A model generated the notes under the pieces. The model was not told the origin of the DNA and ran no database searches. It worked only from the letters and a program-made list of their open reading frames with translations. From NCBI GenBank assembly GCA_964035545.1, contig OZ037768.1, forward strand, positions 11,874,741-11,938,740: DNA of 64,000 nt. The letters are read 5' to 3'. The position numbers and the translations under genes are program-made. Shown here in pieces: positions 52,988 to 64,000 of the stretch. This stretch comes from Bugula neritina (Eukaryota; Animalia; Bryozoa). Every line of letters begins with the position of its first letter. Position 1 is the stretch's first letter.

Positions 52988-55900
52988 ATGGCTGATGCCA
53001 ATCAACCAGAAAGAAGAAAAAGGAGAAATCTTTTGCAGTCCTATTATGGTGCTAGTGAGGATAATGATGAGATTGATACTCCGTCTGATCCGTGTGATAT
53101 AGGTAGCCCAGCTGATTTATAAAATCTTTTCTTTGTAATATTGATGCTGATGCCATATTTCAATGAAAATAAATTGGTGATATATTTTAAATAGTGTAAC
53201 AAACAACTTTATTTTAAACTGGATGCAATTATAATGCATAGCATGCATGGCATGTAATTCACCACAAAGATTTTATGTGTTGCCGCAATCTTTCAAGAGC
53301 TCATGTAGCTTGAAAAGCAAGTTTTTGCAATTTATAAGATGGCTAAAAATGTATTGGTATTTTATTGTTGATCAAAAATGTTTTATGGATAATATTTGTC
53401 AACCACTTATTTAGATTGTTAGTCAGGCCAAATCATTTTGTTTTTACTGCTCGCAGATGGAAAGGGGTTTCAGCCTCAATTATATCTTGATCAGCTATTA
53501 CTGAAAAAATCTTTAACTGAGCTCATGGACAAAGAGGGAGAAATGACAAGTGCCATTAAAAGCCTTGATTCTAGTATGCAAACTTTGGTCTATGAAAACT
53601 ATAACAAGTTTATTGGTGCTACCGACACAATTCGTAAAGTAAGTTGGCAGTTAAATTAGTTTTTAATGATGCGATCAATATGTCTTTATTGATACACATC
53701 GCAAGTCACAGCAATCTTTTATCAACTTTGTCATTTGATGCAAATTCAGTTTTATTTTTTTAAGAGTAAAAATTGGTTACATCTTTATAAACATCGTGCT
53801 GATCTAGTTTGGTGAATTTAGACACTTATGCATTCATTTTTTTTATTTAGTATAATATTGCACTATTTAAATGAAGTTTCGACAGTAAAGTTTGCTTATT
53901 CATTAGCGGTAACTACATAACTACTGGTTTCGAATTGTGTTTTTTTTCTGTAAGTATGCAAAGATAAAATAGACTACTGGGTTTTATAGATGAAGAATGA
54001 CTTTGTGAGAATGGAGGAAGAAATGGATTTACTATCCCAAAATATGAATAGCATTGTGACATTTAGTACTGACATCACCTCTACACTTTATGAGCGTAGA
54101 GCCAAAATATCCCAGCTTCATGGAGTTCACAGTCTTCTCAAGAAAGTAAGTTGATTTTAGATTCAAAGTTATGTTTGGTGAACTTATTGTTCAGGTGCCA
54201 ATAGTATATAAATAATTCACATTAAAATACTTATGGTTTTGTTTCATACTTACAAGTCAGGAGACAGCAATTGATTACATAATATGCTATCATTTTCCTT
54301 TGACTTAACCAAAGAGACACATTTCTGTTAGACCAAAATATCTTTTCTCGACGCTAACTGAATGACACCCTAATGACTCTAATGTTTAATACAGATAATA
54401 CCTATTTCATTACAATATTGTTGCTTATCGCTGTAACTAGAAATGCTTGTTTTGGAAAACCTTCAGGCCCTTAATAACAAAAAGTTTTTGTTTTAACATT
54501 TAGTTAGTTTAAAATCGATTTCTTTGACACTGCTAATAATTGAACTTTCAAAATTAAACATGTTCAAACCCCTAACCTTGTCATGTTGTCATCTGCTATT
54601 TCAACTTCGCCTCACTAGCCGCTATTTTAGAAAATAATGACGTGATGAAGTGGATGACATTAATATATATGTCACTGCTGTACTTTATAAAAGAGGCAGA
54701 GTATTGTGCACTGCATAGTCTTATCGATTTTGAGTCGTTATTCAAACAGACATGGTGGGGTATCATACATAGCTTCCTAGAAGCTTTTTACCATCAATAA
54801 CTGCTGGGATTTAAATCTTTGAGAACTAAAATATGTTTTACCATCGAAGCTACTATTACACCCTAGCGCCATCTCATATACTGTACATTGTGATATAAGT
54901 ATTTGTGTTTTAGCTGCAGTACTTATTTGACTTACCACAGAAACTACAAAAGTTCATTGATAACCATGACTACAGTTTAGCAGTCAGGTAGGGTTTATAT
55001 TCTGTAATTACTAACTACTTTATATTGACAACCATATTTTTTGTTAAATCTATTGCACAAGTTGGAGATAATTTCAAAAATTAGTCTGTGATTTCACAAG
55101 AGTAGGATGGTTTGAATAATTATTAATTTTCGTTAGTATAAATTGTAAATAGAATTTTGCATTAACAATTGAAATGCTATGCAGACAATATTTACTCCAT
55201 TTTTACTTTTGGCATAATATATATATACTTTATATAGATGTTACTTGCAAACACAAGCAGTTGTTAATCGATATAAAGACATGCCATCTTTCCAAGGAAT
55301 TCATTTTGAATGTGAGACAATCGTGAGAGATTTAAAAGTGAAATTGAAACTAAAGTTCAGAGATCATGAGGTAAAGTAGTACTCTTTTACTAAAGTCACA
55401 CTATTGATATCAACCAGATACATATAAACTAAAAATGGTTAAAAGTCTTATCAACTGTCACCCATTGAGATGTCACATGCTTATAATGCTTTATTATTTT
55501 CTACCAGCATACTCATGCTTGTAGCTTTACAAACAACTGAAAAAGTTTAACTGTAACTTGCAAAACTTGTTGATACATAAAATGAGCATGTAGTGTATAA
55601 GTTTTAATAGTAAAGCTGGTACTATTTCAGTCAACAGCTCAGGAACTGTCAGAGTGTGTTGACCTACTGCTGAAGTTGAATGAGCCAGCGGCCAGCCTTT
55701 ATGAAGAATATCTCGCACAGTGAGTATTCTATTTCCTGTCAGATGAAGGTCTATTTCCTGTCGCGTGAAGGTCTATTCCTGTCGCAAAAAAGTCTATTTC
55801 CTGTCACATGGAGGTCTATTTCCTGTCACGTGAAGGTCTATTTCCTGTCGCAAAAAGTCTATTTCCTGTCACATGGAGGTCTATTTCCTGTCGTGTGAAG

Positions 55901-58900
55901 GCCTATTTCCTGTCACATGGAGGTCGTAGTTGTATCTTGTGTCAAGTGTTTCTTACTTTCACTGTATTTGATTCGTATTTAGTGCACAGGAGAAGCTGTC
56001 TGAAGATCTCAATGAGTTGCAGAAGCAGATTGAGTTGAAGCAGGCGGGACCAGAAGTGGATAACACGGATATATCTGTATTATCTGTTGTATGTATGCAT
56101 ATCTTTCAGTCTGTTGTGAATACATACGTTAAAAAATATATAATATTGTAATATAATAATATAAAATATATATGCTGACAGACGCACTTGAGTTGTATTG
56201 CTCTATCCACACAAACGTACATGTAATATATGTACATACATATATCTGTTTGATGTATTTACACTTCATTTGTCCATATGTATGACTAGTTATGTGGTAA
56301 AAATATTGAAGCTTTAGTGCAGTTGTGTGTTATTTGCTACTTCATACGATCTCTTTGTGTGTTTTTATCCTTTTTGTGCTAGTTTTACACTCTCGTATAC
56401 AATATATGATGCTTGTGTGCTGTTACTACAATGATGTTTGCAGGATATCCTGGAGTTTGTTGATATTGGGTGCAACAGGTTTCTTAGTAACATGTGCCTT
56501 GTAATAGCCTCCTACACAGAAATGTTTCTACACCAAAGCAAGAATCTTGAGTGAGCTCAATATTTATGGCATAGTTACATATACACCATTTGGGTTACTT
56601 TTTCATGGTATAACATTCAGCAGAAACTCTGAACAATAAAATCTGCAAGCTATTTTCCCCAAATAAACAAATTCCTTAGTCATATCATAGCTAAAAGATT
56701 ACAGGAATATTAGGTAAAAGTTTTATTGTAAATAATCAAACATTTTACCTGAGGGTGTGTTTTATTACATCGTGACATTTTATGCAGAAAACATATAGAA
56801 TTAATATGACTTTTCAACAATGAAATTTGACTGGTATGGTAATATAATATATAAGGCAATTTGCTTGTTTACTAATGCAGTGTGTTATGGTGATAGTAAT
56901 TTACGTTGTTTATTAATTTACTGAAAATCTAGAAATGACTTGGAGATGGTTGCCCTTCAAATGCTCAACCAGTTTGTGTGGAGATTAATGGATCAATATT
57001 TTCAGCATATTGAGACACGCCTTCGACTAGAGGTATGTTGGAAGTTATCATATCCACCCACCAACCTTGTATTACGTTATCGCTATGTTTTGTTCATATT
57101 GTGGTATTTTATAGAGTTATCCCCCTCAATACACATTCTTATAATTATTCACGTTAAATAGCGATCCCTAGCCCCCTTAATTTCATTTCATTTTTGCTTA
57201 CTCATTGTAAATCGATCTTGACCGAAGTTCGGCTTGCCAGCTAACTGATATTCCGATTGTCTGACTCCGACATTCCGAATGTCGGCGCACCAAAACCTGA
57301 CATTCCGAACTTCAGCCGATTGTCGGTCGAAGGATCTAGACCCCCCTTTGTTTGACCAGTATAAAAGAAGGCCCATTTTGAGCTCCTAGTCAGTTGAAGA
57401 CAGGAGCTCACACTGGAAGGAACTACTCTTACCAATAAAAGCTTACTTTGCGCACACTACAAGAACTCTCTTATCACTTGCAAGGAGTTATGTTCTCTGC
57501 CTGATTACATTCAATAACCCACAAGCTACTACAATATAACTTACTATTCTCACTATCCTTGCTTACTTGCTATTAGAGATGATAAGAATTCTCTCAACTT
57601 ATGCTGCTTTTAATTAGTCAATTGTGATTAATGTTGCTTATCACTCGGAGCATAAAATAGCCGTTATATTATCATACTAATGACTATGGTTTTAGAATTA
57701 GATTTTTTAAATCCTACCAGGTATTCTTTTCATGCTAAGAGATACTTAGAAATATTCATTGCAAACAACTACTTCATTTTTTAGGAAAGTAGCACTGACA
57801 CAGCTTTGTTGGTTCGAGCGTTGGACAGATTTTCAAGAAGATTACAGGCTATGAACAAACTGCTTCCCAATACAGACTTCGCTAGTGCAGGAAATGATAT
57901 AGTTCTTAAAATAGCCTGTGAGAAAATGCATCAGTATTTAGACACTCTCAAAATGCAGTTTGCAGGTAAATGCAACTCTGCATGACAGTAATGAAAAAGT
58001 TTTGCTTGCTTTAGTATATATGTGTGTGTGAGTGTGTTCAATTATAGTGCTGTATTTACTGTTAAGTCAAGCATTTTACCTAATGAGCTCGTTTTTATCA
58101 TATATTTTACCATTTTAACGGATAAAACTTTTAGTAGTAGAATGTTTCAACAGATCTGTTAGTGATAATATCTACATTGTTAAAAATAATATAGTTTTAT
58201 GATACTGCATGTCTAGCTGTGGGCTAATATTTTACTCTATGAGTACTATGCAATCTGTTGCATAGTAACATTGGAGCTGCATCGTGCAATGTTTTACTAC
58301 AGCTGTCTATTTGTCTGTTTACCACACATGTTTTGGCATTTGTTATAATGTTCATATTATTTAGAAATGAACTGTAATTACCACATCTCACTGTGTGTAT
58401 CCCTGTAGACTCTGTAGCTGACGTGAGACATAACTTGGCATCACCTAAACTGCTGAGTAAGTCTGTACAGGATGGTAAAATGTCTCTCTCTGAGCTGTTG
58501 GATACTCTCAACCAGTCAGTGGTGGATCAAGTGAAGGCTACACTCGAACATCTTCAGGTATGTCTCTACAGTCATGGGTTAAATTCTAAGACAGGAAATT
58601 CAAAGCAATATATAAATATTGCTTTGATTATTATAGCTGGTGCTAGCATTAGTTTTGATATTAATTTTGTTCTTTTTTCATTCTATTAAATGAATATATA
58701 CTGTCTTTGGTTATACTCTCACAAAGCTGCTGCTAATTTATTAAACTATACTATTAGCATCTCACTTAAATGCACTGAAATCCTTACGTTACGTATTTTT
58801 ATTCAAAGTATTTTCTGAAAGTGGCAGACTAGCACTCTAGTATTATACAGGGTTCATGTTTTAATGAAATGTATACATACTTGTTCACAGTCTGTTTATA

Positions 58901-61900
58901 CAGATGCTTGTCTGAAACTGAATTTGCTGCTGTCAAATGCATTTCATTTTGAACCTGTATATTTTTGGTGTATAATGTATAATTTTATGTTTTAGTTCTT
59001 TAATCATGTATCACTTTATTTGCAGAGCTTCATTGAGTCTGGTCTAACATATGCCACAACCAGACATTTCAGGACCACATACTGCTCTGAAGTTAGGAAG
59101 CTTCTAGTCTCCTATCTCAATCATCTATACAGTGTGGCTAAGGTTGGTCTGTCTGCTACAACTTCTTCTTCAAAGCTCTTTGTTCACATTTAGAGCTGGC
59201 GGTTGATAAATTATTGAAATATTTTAGATTTTTAAGCCTTTGTCACTTTCAATATATTTAACTTAGATTGTATTATGTAATAATATAGCGCGTAGCCGTG
59301 GTCTAGGGGTTAGAGCACTGGCTTAGTAAACTTGATGTTATGGGTTCAATCTCCAGTAAGAGCCATTGGTGAGGTTAGGAAGAGCATCCAGTCATAATTG
59401 CTCCTGTGCCTCATCTGAATAAGTCCTTAGCCAGCTATAAAAAGCCCTTTCCACCATGGGTTCTCACATGTACTTATATAACACTCAGGATTACTGTGAC
59501 ACCAACACTGTGAGCGGACCTCCACTGCTCCTCATCCTGGCCAGGTTCTCATCAGACATGGGACATTCAACCGCCATGTATCTCGTAAGTACTTGTAATC
59601 CATGCTCGGCATTGGTATGCATCATTATATATTCTATAATCAAATGCTTGAAATTTAAAAATTTGCTGTTTATTTGAGTTGTCCACCCTATTTTTGTGTA
59701 CTGTAAATAAATAGTATTGTCACCGTGTACTTTTTATGAATTATTACCTACGTGACTTGATTAGCGCAAGTTAACTAAGCAACTCAACTAATCATTCTAC
59801 TCTATTTATATTTAGCTGGGATATGTTGATGAGTTATTCATATCAGACTCAAGCAAAGCCACGCCTATCGGTTCTCTCTGTGAAAACTTCAAGGAAATTG
59901 GGCAGAAGTTACTGAATCACTATGTTAGAATCCAAGGCCAGGTTATCTCGCAGGTACTTCTTGGTTTACGGTTTTATAAACTATTAATATGCCAGCATCT
60001 AATAGCTCCTTGACATTATGGCTAGTTATTGGTCATGCTAAGCCAGAAAATTGAATGAAGCAAATTTTTTTCTGCCCCTTGACAAACCTGAAAATAATGT
60101 GTGCAGGATCTATTAGTAAAGTGTTAACAACAGCTTGTTGTGAACCTTAGTGATGCTTTTGCTACACGTGTATTGTAATGCTAGTTGTTGTGTTAGAATA
60201 TTTAAAAAGAAAAACCAAACAAATAACTGTTGTTGCTCTCATATAGTCAAAATTGGCATAACATTAAAGTAATAAATATACTTGTTAAGTTTGTAGCAAT
60301 GCGTAACTGTGAAACCTATATTTTTTATGCATTCCGCTATTTTTCTTGTTCAAAATATTTATTTATACAAATAAGCTACACTGATGGTTTGAAATTCACT
60401 GTCTAAGCCTTTATCACCCTCCTGTCTCCAGTTATATTAGAATATAATGCTGAGATGTAGTCTTCTTTGTTAACAGCTACTAAGGAAAAGTGTTGAAACT
60501 CGTGACTGGTTGAACACCATTGAACCTCGAACCGTGAGAGCTGTAATGAAAAGAGTTATTGAAGATATCACGGCGATAGACACCTTGGTTAGTCAGCTCT
60601 TTGAGGAGGGAGTTAGAAAAGAAAGAAGTAGTGATTCTAGTCGGCGGACATTGAATTACAGCTCAGCTTCTAAACACCCTAGTAAACACAACTGGACCTA
60701 TGCTTCCAGGTTAATCTTACGTTAATAGTCAAACTGTTGGTACTAATGATACAACTTCCTGATGTTCATATGCCCGGTGACCTGACAGTTTATTTATTTG
60801 CAATAAAAATTCCATTTGCCTTTACCTGAAACCAATAGTTTCTGTAGTGCTAAATATTCTTAAGTTTTGCTTTCTAAATGGATGTTATGAATTGAGCATG
60901 TATATTACACAGAACTGTTATGCAGCCTTTAGTGGCATGGTATGGGTTAATAATTCCACACAAAGTTCATGTGTCAAGTTACTAACTTATGCTATGTAAC
61001 CAGAGCATATGATGAAATAGCGTGAATGCATTTAATTATAAATTAATTTGCAAAATTTGTTTATAATTAAATAACTAGACATGCCTAGTGTAGACAATAT
61101 TAATATATTTTGTGAAAGTTTGCAGTTTCATCATATGTACTTTATATCTTCTCGTCAATCATTTTACAGCGTCAACAGCACCCTTATGAGTAACATACAG
61201 AAGTTGTTTTCTGAGAAAATTGAAATATTCACTGCCATTGAGTTCAACAAAGTCTCCATTCTCACCGGAATCATTAAAATCAGCCTCAAGGTATAAAAGT
61301 TGTGAAGGGAATTACATTTATTGTCCTAGCTGACTATTTTCAGCATTATCGGTGTTTTCGAAACTGTGAGAGATTTTTGACTCATTTACCACTTCAATCA
61401 AATAGTTTTTGAAAAAGTTGTGCCAGTGTTGAGTTGAAGTCACACCAAAACAAGTTGATGATTGATCAAGTCATTCTTTGGACAGAAAAACTAAAATTAT
61501 AATTCAACAATAATTTGATGCAAGTTAGTTTAGCAGTTGGTGTTTGTAATATTATCTTTAGAGTTTGGATTTTAGTTATGTTAGGTCTAGTTATATATAT
61601 GATGAAATTATATTCTTGAAATGGGTGTTGAAAATATCAGCAAAGTTTTATTTTTACAAATAAATGGAATAAAAACAAGTCATTTAATATAATGTAAATT
61701 GTAGGAATTTTATGTTATGAATAATCTGGAAAAAAAATGAGAAAAAAGTTATTTGTTTGAAATTAAAACTATTTATTGACTTTCAAAATATTAAGTTACA
61801 AAGACTAATCACTTGAGCAAAATCAAAAGAGTCACCTTTAATTTTGTGTGAGGTTAACAACACTGCCAATATTCGCCTGCTTAATGCGATTTGAGCATTG

Positions 61901-63374
61901 TTTTACATAGTGCTATTGAACTTTTAGGGTTTACTCTGTGTATAGAGTACTCTGAAATTTTCTAAGCTCTTGTTTAAAATATACTCATTTGAATTTTATG
62001 GTTTTACTTCAATTTGCATTTAACTATTACAAATCTCAGTATCGGTATACTTGCATTATTTAACGGGCAATTGTTTCACAGATTGTGGTTATAGATTGAC
62101 TGCATAATTAGCTAATATAAATATAACACATGCTTTCCAATAGGTTGTCTATAGCTTTCATTAAAATGTATTGCTCATACAAGATTGGTATAATTTACAC
62201 ACTCAAATCACTATTAAACATTGATGTGTTTCTTGCAGACGTTCCTAGAGTGTGTTAGACTGAGGTCCTTTGGGACTTATGGCCTGCAGCAGATTCAAGT
62301 AGACACCCATTATTTGCAGCTGTATTTATGGAGATTTGTTTCGGATGAAAAGTAGGCACTTACTCAAATTTAAAATTAATCATTGATACACTACGTTTTG
62401 ATTTATTCATTAGTATACATGCACTAGCATATGTACGTCTGTATATATACACTAGTATACATATACTAGTGTACATAAACTGGTATACATAAACTAGTAT
62501 ACGTACACTAGTATATGTACCACTGGTCTATATACACTGGTATACATACACTGGTGTACATATACTAGTATACATACACTAGATACATATACTAGTATAC
62601 ATACACTAGATACATGCACCGGTATACATATATATGTAAATCATACACATAAACTCATCTATAATTCATATAATAGGAAATGGCAGTCAATTGCATTCCT
62701 ATCATAATTAAAGTATGCATTTTATTGCAGCATTGTGCATTCTCTGTTGGATGAAATTGTAAACAGTGCAGTCCACAGATGTGTTGAGCCCACACTCATG
62801 GAGCCTAGTGTAAGTGATTTTATTCATCCTGCTTTAAAACAGATCCTCGTTTTGGTCATGTATGTTGCTTTATTTCTTTTACTGGACTTATAACTCTTGG
62901 TTTAAGTTTGGGGAGGTATTCAACCAAACCACACTCGAGAATTAGATGTTAGACACCTCCTAAATTCTAAAATATCCAAACATACACATATCTTATTTTG
63001 GTCTCTTCTACGACCCTACACTGTATCAAACTAGATATCTGAGTATGTTGACAAATGAAACATGGTGATTAATTTATGATAGACCTCAATTCATTAGTTG
63101 GGATTCTATTTTGTCCGTCACCAGAATCCTGGTATTATAATTATGATACTCCTTGTTACTATTATTAGTAACTGGTAATGGTACTATTTAAAGCAAAAAC
63201 CTTTGGATTGAGCAATCTGTGGTTTTGAACCATAATATATATGCAAATTAATAGCAAGAGTGATTGTATAATGTCATGTCAAAGTTGAGGTTTAGAGGAT
63301 GATGAGTACATTCTAATAGCTTACTCCTGTGTTCTGTGTTGTAGATTGTGGAACTTATCTGTGATCAAGGGTAG
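52988..63374 (+). CDS. VPS51: Vacuolar protein sorting 51 (GARP/EARP subunit), about 20 exons
   Basis: Peptides [162 protein letters not shown] and IVELICDQG*. Confidence 0.97.
55728..55925 (+). repeat. 21-22 bp minisatellite (TCTATTTCCTGTC-N8-9), 9 copies, intronic
   Basis: Directly visible; starts 8 nt after the VPS51 donor at 55720. Confidence 0.95.
57206..57533 (+). mobile_element. Solo-LTR-like element in a VPS51 intron
   Basis: GC-richer 328-bp island bounded by TGTA...TACA, with TATAAAAG at 57360, AATAAA at about 57435 and internal short repeats (GACATTCCGAA). No clean TSD (CTCAT versus ATATA). Confidence 0.6.
59288..59445 (+). mobile_element. tRNA-derived SINE
   Basis: A-box-like TGGTCTAGGGG and B-box-like GGTTCAATCTCC, followed by a non-tRNA body (GGTGAGGTTAGGAAGAGCATCCAG). 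Related fragments at about 26160 and 37100. Confidence 0.7.
62412..62632. repeat. About 16-bp degenerate minisatellite (TATACATACACTAG-like), intronic
   Basis: Directly visible. Confidence 0.85.
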
Positions 63375-64000
63375 CCAATTCCTTTCTTCCAACTGCATTC
63401 AATTTTCCAATAATCCGTGGCAGTTTTTGGCTAAAGTTATTTATTTAATAATAGCACTAATATATCTATGAACTAAAAGAAGTTAGATTTGTTAAATATA
63501 ATGTATTTTTTCTAAGAATTTTCCTAGAAAACGTGATATAAAATTAAAGTTTCATCAAGTGATATAAACTGCAAATTTGTTATTTTGTAGCAAATAAATG
63601 TATGTCTCTTTGTATTGCGATTATTGACATTATGATAAATACAACTTAAACTATGCCAGGACACCATTCAACTCAAGTTAGTATTCTCTGCCTAAGAGTT
63701 TCTTGAGTTTATTACTACATGCAAGGTCAGACAAGGGCAATACTTGGTGGTCTGTTTTGTGCAACAATGTATTACAAAATGATATGCGATGTTGAAATAA
63801 CCATACATAGATATAATGCCACAAGTACGTGGTATCTGTTGTACAACAAACTTCATTTATACAGTCTTTTCCATAGTTTTACTATGCACCTGTGTTAGTG
63901 TTATGAAGTATCAACGTCTACTGCTGAAAGAAATTCTAAGTATACTATTTTGCCACCAGTCTGTCTTCCAAACATGGCAGGCCATCCAGGTAGATCATAT

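Noticed and set aside
59288-59360. Possible tRNA gene
   Set aside because: No complete cloverleaf or acceptor stem, and it runs into a body shared with other dispersed copies, so it is a SINE.

Overview
AT-rich, intron-rich eukaryotic DNA from an invertebrate animal; the species cannot be assigned from the sequence. Six recognisable multi-exon genes were reconstructed by hand from GT-AG junctions: the 3' part of a GOLGA3/golgin-160-like gene (+), exportin-T XPOT (-), RPL18A (+, head-to-head with XPOT), a cytosolic sulfotransferase (-), EMC6 (+) and VPS51 (+). There is also a rolling-stone/AIG1-like membrane protein gene (+) and a candidate two-exon orphan gene (-). Features the ORF track misses: two paralogous SNORA68-like H/ACA snoRNAs in RPL18A introns 3 and 4, a U12-type intron in EMC6, a 3.2-kb and a 0.8-kb TIR element, a solo-LTR-like element, CR1- and RTE-type LINE fragments, tRNA-derived SINE copies and several mini/microsatellites. 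The most unusual unexplained signal is a set of four 0.8-1 kb ACT/AGT-rich patches full of short duplications, three of them just upstream of housekeeping start codons. All gene and family names come from recalled motif similarity; no database search was run.
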